Virus record (IMG/VR): IMGVR_UViG_3300029908_000004
Location: 62,001 to 126,000 of that record
Strand: one strand, 5' to 3'
Length of the DNA: 64,000 bases
Made by a program: the position numbers and the translations under genes. The notes under the pieces are model-generated. The model did not search any database, was not told where the DNA came from, and saw nothing but the letters and a program-made list of their open reading frames with translations. This document shows positions 10,109 to 19,555 of the stretch, in pieces (positions within the stretch are counted from its first letter, which is position 1; the number at the start of each line of letters is the position of its first letter).

Positions 10109-10753
10109 TTATTTCCTCGTTACGCACCATCCAAATGTATGCATGGTGTAAATACCACTCTTGTAAGAGAAGTTTATATCTTCTCCGAGATTGGTTAGTT
10201 CATAGCCACCGCATATGGCTAATCCTTTTACAACTAGATTTATCTCATCTCGCGAGAATTTCGGGTTGTAATACCTATCGGAACCCATTGATGCCATAGT
10301 GCGGTCGGCAACTGTCATAAACAGCAGGGCTTCGTCAGATAATCTACGTCTATTAAATAGTAGTGTTAAATCCTCTACTATTTTCATACAAAAGTGACAG
10401 CAAAAGTCTAGATTAGCACCGTTAAACACTGTATCTGTTGTACGTATAAATTCGTTAAAACTTATCGGCTTGTCTGGTAGAACAGCGGAAAGATGATGAA
10501 TATTTCTCTTCTTTTCCTCTAATCCACTCGATCTATTCTCGACGATGTGGACTCGTCCAAACAAGAGGGCGACTTCGTCATAGTCGGACATGTCGTCTGC
10601 TGCGAACCAGATATATTCACCTCTAGCAGACGATCGAAGAGCGGAGATATATCTAAGCCATCCAATTCTCGAACGCCTTTTTCCGTCAGTATCGAGCTGC
10701 TCTCGTTGAGAACGCGTGCGCCGAAGACTACGTTCTCGAATATCGAGATCCAT
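10109..10753 (-). CDS. hypothetical protein, possible SAM-dependent methyltransferase-like fold
   Basis: Alternating beta/alpha pattern with ANLDFC motif; overlaps the upstream ORF. Confidence 0.4.
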   Translation of the reverse strand: MDLDIRERSLRRTRSQREQLDTDGKRRSRIGWLRYISALRSSARGEYIWFAADDMSDYDEVALLFGRVHIVENRSSGLEEKKRNIHHLSAVLPDKPISFNEFIRTTDTVFNGANLDFCCHFCMKIVEDLTLLFNRRRLSDEALLFMTVADRTMASMGSDRYYNPKFSRDEINLVVKGLAICGGYELTNLGEDINFSYKSGIYTMHTFGWCVTRK

Positions 10754-11298
10754 ATCGCTCTTGCCTCCATTAACTTTGGTTTAAGTTCTTTATGTAAAGA
10801 CAAGAGTTTGTCTATTGAAACGTTCAGTTCTTTATCACCCTCTGGATGCTTCACCTTCTCGTTGTATTGATGAACGTTAAGACCTAACAATGAGATTTCC
10901 TCACATAACTGATTATGTATGACATATCTCTTTTCTTTCTTGTCTTTGTTTGTTGTAAGTTTCTTACTCCCCGGGGTAACCAAGCGGAATTTCTTTCCCC
11001 GCTTCTCAATCTTGAACCCAGTTGGTATAGTTGGAATGAACCCTTCGTCAATACATATTCTCACGGCAGAGCGAATGGCACTAACACAAGCTTTGATAGT
11101 AGCCGCGCTCAAATGATTTGGGTCCCCAGTTCCTACTCTACAAGTGTTTGTGAATAAATCACAAGCCTTATCGAGCTCTGCTACGGAGAAATCAAAGCAC
11201 TCTTTAGCATGGTTTTTAACCATATCAAGTTGAGCTTTGCTTTTTGGTTTCTTCCCAACTATATATTTATACACATCAGCTAGTGTCTGCTCAGCCAT
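10519..11298 (-). CDS. hypothetical protein
   Basis: 259-aa ORF with AAGGAAGG RBS. Confidence 0.65.
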   Translation of the reverse strand: MAEQTLADVYKYIVGKKPKSKAQLDMVKNHAKECFDFSVAELDKACDLFTNTCRVGTGDPNHLSAATIKACVSAIRSAVRICIDEGFIPTIPTGFKIEKRGKKFRLVTPGSKKLTTNKDKKEKRYVIHNQLCEEISLLGLNVHQYNEKVKHPEGDKELNVSIDKLLSLHKELKPKLMEARAIWISIFENVVFGARVLNESSSILTEKGVRELDGLDISPLFDRLLEVNISGSQQTTCPTMTKSPSCLDESTSSRIDRVD

Positions 11299-11309
11299 AT
11301 GGACCTTCC

Positions 11310-12836
11310 TTACACGTCTTTTAGGACGGTGAATGAATCCTTTCGTTTCCTTCTATGACAATTTGTACACATTATGAACTCTTTTGTATCATTTTTACAA
11401 TTGTATTCTTCCCTGATAGTGGTTTTTACCATTCCATGAGGATAATTTATCTCATTACTGTTTTTATCCTTCATCCTAACCCCAGTAGTGAACATCATAG
11501 TTCCTTTACATTTGGGGCACTTTGCTGCTATACGGATAACCTTGGATTGGTCGGAGAAGAATCCAGTTTTCAGAAGTCTATTGACATGTTTATACCAAAC
11601 TTCACAGATTGCTTTCTTAATTGAATCTTTACCATAACTAGGGTTCTCTAGTTGATAGTCAAAAGCACGCTCCAACATTCTTTTATATTCATTACTGGGG
11701 GTGAATCCCCACTCGGTGAGATCGTCGCCAGTAACCAATGGTTTGGGGAATCCAAGAGTCTTAGCAGCAGTTATATACCCTATGGTATTCTCCATATTTA
11801 TAGAGATGATCTTAGCATTAACTAGAATCCATAGTAATTCTATAGCTCTGTTTATATTTGGCTTGTTGGCAAGCTTCCTTCTTTCACATAGTGAAGTAAG
11901 CCTATTAGACCTAAGATCAATTACTATTTGCACCATCTCTGAGATTGTATTTCTGTCTTCGTTAGAGAATTTGAGATATTTTAATACATCCCCAATATTC
12001 CAATATATACCAGTTGTATACAAAAGACAACACCATGCTAAGATTGGATCTTTAACTTGTCCAATCTTGTCGAAATTGACAGTTTGATCTACTATATTAA
12101 AAAGGGAATTTGGTTGTTGCTCATAGATTTTGGTGTATAAATTAGTTCTCTGAAGACAGAACAAAGCGTCACCGACGTGTTCCCCCGTTATGAGCTTTGT
12201 CATTTCGTCTCTAACACGTTCTCGCGAAACCCTAATCATCAAATTTGCATTATTACGAATTGCTCGTAATGTCTCAAATTCTATCTGAAACCCAAGTTGT
12301 GACACGAATCTAACAGCTCTTAACATTCGAAGAGGATCCTCTTGGAAACGAATGTTAGGGTCACCAATACAACCAATCCTTCGTATTGATATATCATATT
12401 TACCACCAACATAATCAATAACTTCCATTGACTCTGGGTTCATCAATATCCCATTCATCCTAAAATCTCTACGACCAGCGTCAATACATTCTTGATCAGT
12501 AAATATAACACTATCCGGTCTACGAAGGTCTGAATACTCAGTAGAATCACTTCTCAATGTAGCTACTTCTATGGAGTGATCTACACCATCTATATCAACA
12601 AGGACTTTTACAACTCCGAATTCTACTCCAATTGGAATATTGTGGGGAAATAGATCCATTACTTCATTGGGTTTAGCTGAAGTACATATATCAAAGTCTT
12701 TCGGTTCCTTGTTCATAAGAAGGTTTCTAACACACCTACCTACAAGGAAGACTTTGAAGTTATTTTGCTTTAACGTCTTAGCTACTTTCCTAGCAGCTTC
12801 TAAACTACTTATCTCTGGCATATATTCCTTGTTCAA
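11310..12836 (-). CDS. cca: tRNA nucleotidyltransferase (CCA-adding enzyme, class II) with C-terminal zinc ribbon
   Basis: VGRCVRN...KDFD, EVATLR, RRDF, EDPLRMLRAVRF, VSRERVRDEM motifs; C-terminal CPKC...CTNC. Confidence 0.9.
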   Translation of the reverse strand: MNKEYMPEISSLEAARKVAKTLKQNNFKVFLVGRCVRNLLMNKEPKDFDICTSAKPNEVMDLFPHNIPIGVEFGVVKVLVDIDGVDHSIEVATLRSDSTEYSDLRRPDSVIFTDQECIDAGRRDFRMNGILMNPESMEVIDYVGGKYDISIRRIGCIGDPNIRFQEDPLRMLRAVRFVSQLGFQIEFETLRAIRNNANLMIRVSRERVRDEMTKLITGEHVGDALFCLQRTNLYTKIYEQQPNSLFNIVDQTVNFDKIGQVKDPILAWCCLLYTTGIYWNIGDVLKYLKFSNEDRNTISEMVQIVIDLRSNRLTSLCERRKLANKPNINRAIELLWILVNAKIISINMENTIGYITAAKTLGFPKPLVTGDDLTEWGFTPSNEYKRMLERAFDYQLENPSYGKDSIKKAICEVWYKHVNRLLKTGFFSDQSKVIRIAAKCPKCKGTMMFTTGVRMKDKNSNEINYPHGMVKTTIREEYNCKNDTKEFIMCTNCHRRKRKDSFTVLKDV

Positions 12837-12946
12837 TCTTATCCCAAGTACTCAGGACTAAAAGGGGGTAGTGTAAGTTATAAAGTAGTAAAGTACACTA
12901 CCCTTCGTATTTGTCTACTTCTGACCACCAAACCATCATGGCTTGT

Positions 12947-13864
12947 CTACTTGTTTGGAATTCCAATCAGAAAGTTTCCACCCTTGTCACCACCGGATAG
13001 ATACTCTGGCATACGACCATCCCAACGCCAAATAGCAGCATTCTGGTTATCCAGTGCTCTCATATTTAAGATGTTTGGTGTGATTGAAGCGTTCCTGATT
13101 CTATTGGCTTCCGCTTCACCAGTAGCCTTGGTAATCTGTGCCTTAGCTTCACCCTCAGACTGAGCAACTAGTTTAGCTGCATCAGCTTGCACCTGAATAA
13201 GCTCAATCTGCTTCTTCTGTGCAACTTGATTTGCCTGTGCCTTATTGTTGATAGCATCGATTACTGATTGAGGTGGCCTTGGTGCTCCGATGAACCCGAA
13301 CTGAGTAAGCTCAGCTCCATACTCTAATACTTGGCTTTGAACGCATTTCTTGGTTTCTTCAATGAAAACTGCGTTATCACCCATAACTTGTTCGATGCCA
13401 TACTTGCCGGCATGTTCATTGAAGCAGTCTCTTGCTATGTTTCTAAGGAACCCGTGAGTGAATTTCGTATCAATTTCTTTTTCGTCGTGTGCCAAGAACT
13501 TTACATAGAAGTATGGAACTTTCTCTGCATGTAGGAAATAACTCAATGAGATATCAGCACCAATTACCATTGAATCTTTGTTGGTAAAGGTGATACTCTC
13601 GTCGATTGGCTTGCCCTCGTTGGGGCTTGCAGTCCATTTCGCTGTCTGCATGGAGGTTGGGTATTCATACACACTCTCGGTAATTGGGTTATAAAACACC
13701 CAGCCAGTACGAACAGGGGTATCCGTTACCCCTTTGCTTGAACCTGCCATGTTTACAACAATTCCGACATGTCCCGGTCCAACTGACGTCCAGCCACAAC
13801 CGGTTAGGAGACAAGCGGATAAGATAGTAACAATCAAGCTAAGATTCGCTGTGTTTAGTTTCAT
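12947..13864 (-). CDS. SPFH/Band 7 (prohibitin-like) lipoprotein
   Basis: Lipobox LLTGC, VGPGHVGIVVN, AEA-type coiled repeats, RWDGRMP terminus. Confidence 0.88.
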   Translation of the reverse strand: MKLNTANLSLIVTILSACLLTGCGWTSVGPGHVGIVVNMAGSSKGVTDTPVRTGWVFYNPITESVYEYPTSMQTAKWTASPNEGKPIDESITFTNKDSMVIGADISLSYFLHAEKVPYFYVKFLAHDEKEIDTKFTHGFLRNIARDCFNEHAGKYGIEQVMGDNAVFIEETKKCVQSQVLEYGAELTQFGFIGAPRPPQSVIDAINNKAQANQVAQKKQIELIQVQADAAKLVAQSEGEAKAQITKATGEAEANRIRNASITPNILNMRALDNQNAAIWRWDGRMPEYLSGGDKGGNFLIGIPNK

Positions 13865-14114
13865 TTTCGTTCTCCTTGTGATACTGAAGTTGTAGGTAAT
13901 GATATGTTTCTCCAAACAATTTATAACTCCAAGAACTTGCGTACTTCCAACTGATGAACAAACTAATCAATACAACAAACAGCCCAAAGAAAGCCAATAG
14001 AGTACTGGGAGCGGATAAGGCAACAAACCCCCAATTCATGACATATAACCCAGCGCATGTTACAACTACAATCTTGAGAGATTGTATAAGGAAGTGCCAC
14101 CAGAATCTATTCAT
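13839..14114 (-). CDS. small membrane protein
   Basis: Two TM helices; directly upstream of the SPFH gene. Confidence 0.55.
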   Translation of the reverse strand: MNRFWWHFLIQSLKIVVVTCAGLYVMNWGFVALSAPSTLLAFFGLFVVLISLFISWKYASSWSYKLFGETYHYLQLQYHKENENETKHSES

Positions 14115-14198
14115 ACAATAATCTCCTTAGTTTCATCTAGCATCCCATTCGCTACAATGAATAGGTATTACTTTTATCTTATTTTCCCCGCCACGCTA

Positions 14199-14726
14199 TT
14201 AAAAGTCTTCGTCAACACAACGCACGGGAATGACTCTTACTCCTTCTCTTCTCCACATATCAACAACCCGTTTACGATCCTCAATGGCGAACAGAATTTG
14301 ATCTTTTCCTCTTGGTAATGAGTTAACTAACTCATTCAGAATTTCCTTTTTTACTACGTCGCCTGGTCTCTTATCCCCTTCCCAACAGAAGAATATCCAA
14401 GAGAAAGGAATGTCATATTTTCTTAACCACTCTACGGACAGATCCCCTGTTGTGAAAGAAGGGCGGCCAGATATGATGACGATACTACAATCTTGAGAGA
14501 TTGTCCGTACCCAAGAAGCTATAATGTCCACTGGAAGGTCATTACACGCTTCTATGTGAAATTGTTTGAAGTTTTTAGGATGAGATTTAACGTAGTGTAG
14601 TCTATGACTACAGTCTGACAGTGTTCCGTCTAGATCAACAATCACTACTGGTTTTTCTCCCCATTCTATCTTGTTCTCCAGTAATAACACTCTGGACTTT
14701 TCAACACTGTTACGACATGGTTTCAT
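14199..14726 (-). CDS. HAD-family phosphatase (PNKP 3'-phosphatase-like)
   Basis: VDLDGTL, ISGR, DKRPGDVVK and IEDRKRVVDMWR motifs as in the T4 PseT C-terminal domain. Confidence 0.88.
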   Translation of the reverse strand: MKPCRNSVEKSRVLLLENKIEWGEKPVVIVDLDGTLSDCSHRLHYVKSHPKNFKQFHIEACNDLPVDIIASWVRTISQDCSIVIISGRPSFTTGDLSVEWLRKYDIPFSWIFFCWEGDKRPGDVVKKEILNELVNSLPRGKDQILFAIEDRKRVVDMWRREGVRVIPVRCVDEDF

Positions 14727-15583
14727 CCTTGCTTACAGCTTCCTCTTCATTCTTTCTGAACCAAGGTTATCAGGTTATTTGGTGACATCCTCAAACTCTT
14801 GACTCCCTACTCAAATGCCAGTTATTATAACCTGGCACAAAAGAATTACGCCAATGACAATACATGCCCATTTGACAATCTTTAGGACTCTTCTCATCTC
14901 TCCCTGCTTGGTTTACTAGCTACCGTACGGTCTTAGATCTGTTTTGGGAGGTATTGGTGGCGTTAACTTTCTGCTCCAACTTATTTCGTCTTCTGCGTAG
15001 TTGATCAAATATGCCAGTCCAAACAAGGAAGCTACTAAAGCTAGCTTGTTTAGTTTGAGGATTAACAGCACGATAGCAATTGGAAAGAATCCCCATTGCA
15101 GGGTATAACCCATCCAATTCTTCCGTCTTGGCATGCGAATCTCCTTACCTTCCATTACAATCCCAACCCGTGGGGATATGTGTGGGCGAATTGTTACTAC
15201 AACAGCCTTTGTTTTAACTACTGCCATACCATTTACTCTTTCTGTGTTCGTACGACATTAACAGTGTTAACGTTTAGGGATTGTTGTCATTTAGGGTTGT
15301 TGTTTAGGTCATACCCCGGAGTACTTATCTTTCCAAGGCTTGTAGATTTGATACCAAAGTCTTAGGCCACCGTATCCAAGAGGCAATAGAACTGCTCCAG
15401 TGGCTACGACAGCACTTGTTGATGCTACGAACCCAGCCATTTCTTTCTTCTCAGCAAATGTCATGGGTTCCCTGTGTTCAGGTTCTGGTATTGGTTTTCC
15501 CTTTGTTCTGAGAACTATTACAATACCAGAACCAAGAACAACTAAAAAGAGGATGTACATCAAAATGGATACATCTCCCATGG

Positions 15584-16240
15584 TTATTCCTCGGGTACCC
15601 CTTTTCCAACTTCTGATTCTTTTGGCTCTTCTGCCGTAACTTCTGCTACGTCCCCCTCTTTGGGCACCGGCCCGTCGCAACCTCCTGCCTCCCACGCCCC
15701 TCCAGCGGTCGCGCTGGGAGCGCCCGCAGCGTGCTCTTCCATGGTGGCGTTCAGCTCATCAGCGAAATCAATTGACTTCTGAAGTCTGATGAACAAGCGG
15801 AACAATGGATAAGACAGTTCGTTCTGGTGTTTGTCCAACCAACCTTCCAGAACTGCCCTGTTTATATCAACTTTGCTTTCCGCTTCTTCGAGGGTTGCAG
15901 GTTTTACCATGTCTTCAACTATCTTTTCCTTGAAGTCTTGACTTCTTTCGATGAGCTCTCCTAGCTCCGTTTCAGAGGGGTCTACCCCAAATAACTCGAT
16001 CGAAAGAACCTTAACCAAATGTTCTGCCTCTTCTGGTTCAAGAGCAACCTGCAAAACCATTGGTTCAGTGTACCCAGTGCTGTGATTTGGGACGAGACGC
16101 CAAGCTCTTAGGCAATAACCAATCGTCCCAAGCATCCTCTGGCTGAACTCGATCAGATCAATCTTATGGGTAGGCGTATCGAGTATACCTGCTAACTTCG
16201 TCTCGATCTCTTGTGTTGCACGGCTTCCACCTAAGCTCAC
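15584..16240 (-). CDS. hypothetical protein
   Basis: 218-aa acidic ORF with AAGGAGG RBS. Confidence 0.65.
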   Translation of the reverse strand: MSLGGSRATQEIETKLAGILDTPTHKIDLIEFSQRMLGTIGYCLRAWRLVPNHSTGYTEPMVLQVALEPEEAEHLVKVLSIELFGVDPSETELGELIERSQDFKEKIVEDMVKPATLEEAESKVDINRAVLEGWLDKHQNELSYPLFRLFIRLQKSIDFADELNATMEEHAAGAPSATAGGAWEAGGCDGPVPKEGDVAEVTAEEPKESEVGKGVPEE

Positions 16241-16407
16241 TTGTTCCTCCTTGATTTCCGGTTAAGTTAACTCTGAGAACTTCTCTCTCGATTGTGAGAG
16301 GGGTAGTCCGTTTCTCACATCGTTTACAGCGTCGGCACATTTCATACTAGCTGCAATAACGATTACTATCCAGAAAAATAAGCGGAGGACATTCAACAAT
16401 ACGCTCA

Positions 16408-16839
16408 TTATTCCTCCTGTTCTTCCTCTTCTACTTCGATTGCGTTGGCTACAGCAACGGTTGTTGGTCCAACGTTGTTTTTGGCTATTGTTTCAGTCCG
16501 ATGTACCGTTGCACTATACCCGGACTGACCTTCATAGACGTTCACGTATACCGTTTTTCTAACCCGTTTTGGTGCCATATACAACAATCCTGAGGTGCCA
16601 GAACTAATCCCATCCAAAGAGGAAGTTATTATTTTCCTTGATGCAGAGTGTAATTCCAACATAACTGGTCTAACAGATAACAATACCCGAGTTAAGACAT
16701 ATACTGTAGTTCTGTCTTTCTCTAGGCAGACCGCATCAAGGCTTAGCACTCTCTTCAAATCAAACGGTTTCAGTGGCTTCTTCTCTCGTTCTTCCGCTGG
16801 CTTCTCGTCACCATTCTCCCCATTTGGGGTATCTGACAT
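16408..16839 (-). CDS. hypothetical protein (paralog A)
   Basis: KPLKPFDL...LYMAPKRVRKTVYVNVY...acidic tail; homologous to the adjacent ORF. Confidence 0.75.
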   Translation of the reverse strand: MSDTPNGENGDEKPAEEREKKPLKPFDLKRVLSLDAVCLEKDRTTVYVLTRVLLSVRPVMLELHSASRKIITSSLDGISSGTSGLLYMAPKRVRKTVYVNVYEGQSGYSATVHRTETIAKNNVGPTTVAVANAIEVEEEEQEE

Positions 16840-16845
16840 GGTTCT

Positions 16846-17346
16846 TTACTCCTCTTCTTCTATTTCAATCTCCTGTGCTACTGCTACAGCAAGTTCCCCA
16901 GCGGTGTCGCTGGCCCTATTTGCTGTTAAATGAGAAACGAGCTTGTACCCGTTGTACCCAAAGGGATCTGGATAGACATTCACATAAATCTTCTTCTTGA
17001 TCTTCTTTTGAGCCATGCACAGGGAACCTTCACGCGTCATTCCTTTTGCATCTGAAGCTATGTGTGCACCACCCAAACGTGAGTGGTACTCCAAAACACA
17101 TGAACAACTTCCAAGCAAGATACGAGTGAGGATAAATTCCACTCCTGTACATGGTAGAACCACTGAGTTACCGTTTACCACGTCTTCCAGACTAAACTGT
17201 TTCAGAGGTTTCTGTTCTGGCCGTGGAAACCGACTCCAATCAGCCGGGTGCAACGGGTTTGGCGTAGGCGTCGGTGGTGATTTCTCGAATGTCTTGTTTG
17301 GGGCGTCTGCCACGTCTTTCTCATCCTTTCCAAGGACAAACTCCAT
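16846..17346 (-). CDS. hypothetical protein (paralog B)
   Basis: KPLKQFSL...LCMAQKKIKKKIYVNVY...acidic tail; start at MEFVLG after AGGAG. Confidence 0.72.
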   Translation of the reverse strand: MEFVLGKDEKDVADAPNKTFEKSPPTPTPNPLHPADWSRFPRPEQKPLKQFSLEDVVNGNSVVLPCTGVEFILTRILLGSCSCVLEYHSRLGGAHIASDAKGMTREGSLCMAQKKIKKKIYVNVYPDPFGYNGYKLVSHLTANRASDTAGELAVAVAQEIEIEEEE

Positions 17347-17593
17347 GCTTCTTCTCTCCTGTGCTTCATGTTCCATAGTTTTACATCCGTCCCGGATAGT
17401 TACGTTTACTAGGAAGCTTGTGCAGAGGGGTTTACACGACGGACATAGATAGATATTCGTGTCTGGGTTGTGTAAATGAAGCATAGCACGGTCGAGCTTA
17501 CCTAAGCTCCATTCTTTCCTCTTAGTACTTGCTACGCTTCGGAGGCAACCTGAGCATTTTGATACTTTTCTAGGCATTGCCCTCACTTTCAGA

Positions 17594-17980
17594 TTAGCCT
17601 TTGAATGTTCCCCAAATCTTCTTATCTTGTGGAAGGTACAGTTCCCACTTCTCATCGAAGTAACAATTACTTGGTGCGTTCTCGAACATCTTTGCCATGT
17701 CTTGGTCACGTAGTCTTGCTCGTCCACAACCTATACGAGTTACTTGGAACTCTCTCTTTTGCTGGTTAATAGCAAAAGATATGAAGTTCTCTACGTAGAC
17801 ATTTATCTCTTTGAGTGTCAATGTCCTTAGGGACCCATCCTTCGTGGGAATAGCATAACTATTCCCGTGGAAACCCATATGACCTTCCACTCCTAATATT
17901 GCTCCATATTCTCTTAGCGCTGTTAACGCCGCGCCGGCTCCGTGGCGACCCCCGAGGTTAGAACCGAAGACAAATATCAC
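17594..17980 (-). CDS. A1S_2505-family (macrodomain-like) phage protein
   Basis: IFVFGSNLGGRHGAGAA, SYAIPTKD, FQVTRIGCG signatures. Confidence 0.85.
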   Translation of the reverse strand: MIFVFGSNLGGRHGAGAALTALREYGAILGVEGHMGFHGNSYAIPTKDGSLRTLTLKEINVYVENFISFAINQQKREFQVTRIGCGRARLRDQDMAKMFENAPSNCYFDEKWELYLPQDKKIWGTFKG

Positions 17981-17995
17981 TTTTGTTACTCTCTT

Positions 17996-19237
17996 TCATT
18001 TTAAGATACCTTTGAAGGACTCAACTGACATTCTGTCCTCGAACCTTGGTCCAAACGAGATTGTGTTGATAGTCGGTTCCAACAAATTCTTTAGAACAGA
18101 CAAGTAAGTGCTTAGACTCGGGGGTTGTATAAACAAACCCTTCTCTGAGTCGATTATCTTCAGATAGTCTGTCCACCTGTCCAAATGGGACAAAGCTATT
18201 TCATCTACGCCTTTACAAATCTTAATGGACTTATTGACAAGCCCAATGTCCAAGTGTCCCACCCGAAACTCCCCTTGATACTCGCCTTTCTGGTTATGAT
18301 TTTCTGGCAGTAAACCAGTTAATCTCATATCCTCGGTTGGGAATGGACCCACTCCGTGACGAGTGGCGTAGGTTCTTATACAGCCAATTCTGACTCTGTT
18401 ACCAATGAACCCAGAAATGTTGAGCAAATCATCAGCATTCCTGAAAGTTGTGTTGGTCCATGAGTTATACGGATAGGTCCCATACCACTCATCTAACATT
18501 ACTCCTTGTGCCCCCTCGAACACAGATGCAGTGGATTTTGATAGCAAATCAGAAAGGAACTCTTGTGGCTTTACCTGAGCGTTCCATTTGCTATATATCC
18601 GACTGTGCCATTCAGACCAGTCTTCATTACTATCTACTATGATGTCGTAGTCCTTTTTCCACTGGTCCACTGGTATCTTTTCCAATGTCGGAAGCAGCTC
18701 TTTCAGCTTGGCGAGGTACACCTTGTGAAGGAAGCTCAATTTGCTACGTGTTACCTCTTCTGATTCTATGTCTTTAGCAAATAGGACGTTGTTCCCATAT
18801 TCAATGGAATCACTACGAGTTTGTCCTATTCCTTGTCCACAGCTACCGTGTCTGTTCTTCCCTCTGGCAATTTCTCTCAACCTTCCAAAAGCTATTTGGA
18901 AGGGAGTGACTACCAAGCAATCCCCATCAACAAATGTTCTGTCCCATATATCAGTTATCCCAAGGGACATTAGATGAGCTGCTTCTCTCATCATGTAGAA
19001 TGGATTGACCAATGTAAACTTGGACAAGTAAGTCTTCACATTGGGTTGTAGCATCCCACTACCAAACTGTTGGAAGGTATGGCTTCTCGATAATTCAACA
19101 ACGTTATGTGCAGCTTGTGGCCCACCGTTGTATCGAACTATCAAATCAGCTTTGTGAGTACGGGTTAGATACTCTACGTGGGCTCCTTTTGCGCAATCGC
19201 CCCATAGCATCCCAGCAACGAGATATGCTATACCCAT
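17996..19237 (-). CDS. adenylosuccinate synthetase-like protein (divergent PurA family)
   Basis: WGDCAKG, VRYNGGPQAAHNV, HGSCGQGIG, FEGAQGVMLD, RTYATRHGVGPFPTE, FRVGHLD. Confidence 0.88.
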   Translation of the reverse strand: MGIAYLVAGMLWGDCAKGAHVEYLTRTHKADLIVRYNGGPQAAHNVVELSRSHTFQQFGSGMLQPNVKTYLSKFTLVNPFYMMREAAHLMSLGITDIWDRTFVDGDCLVVTPFQIAFGRLREIARGKNRHGSCGQGIGQTRSDSIEYGNNVLFAKDIESEEVTRSKLSFLHKVYLAKLKELLPTLEKIPVDQWKKDYDIIVDSNEDWSEWHSRIYSKWNAQVKPQEFLSDLLSKSTASVFEGAQGVMLDEWYGTYPYNSWTNTTFRNADDLLNISGFIGNRVRIGCIRTYATRHGVGPFPTEDMRLTGLLPENHNQKGEYQGEFRVGHLDIGLVNKSIKICKGVDEIALSHLDRWTDYLKIIDSEKGLFIQPPSLSTYLSVLKNLLEPTINTISFGPRFEDRMSVESFKGILK

Positions 19238-19555
19238 TAGTACCTCCATCTCTATTTGAGTTTGTGCTGTAATACTTACATGGATGAAGCATTCCTGATT
19301 ACTTAGTTAAGCACAAGAAGTTGACGTTTCACCTCTCGATTTTCTTATCTAACCATTCAGTGAACACCATGAAACTATCTCTTGGTGTTAACATTGACAC
19401 TACAAGGGTGATAGGGCCTAACAGAACAAATATGACCAAACCGACTACGAATAACAAAGTTCGGTTCCTACGATCACACTGTTCTGTATAGGCCCATATC
19501 CAAGGTAGTGCCATAACAAGACCGAACGCTACCCAGATTTCCACCAAATGCATGG

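Noticed and set aside
17996-19237. PurZ / Z-genome pathway
   Set aside because: The catalytic Asp (GD) is retained rather than Ser, and no datZ/mazZ-like gene is recognisable in the window
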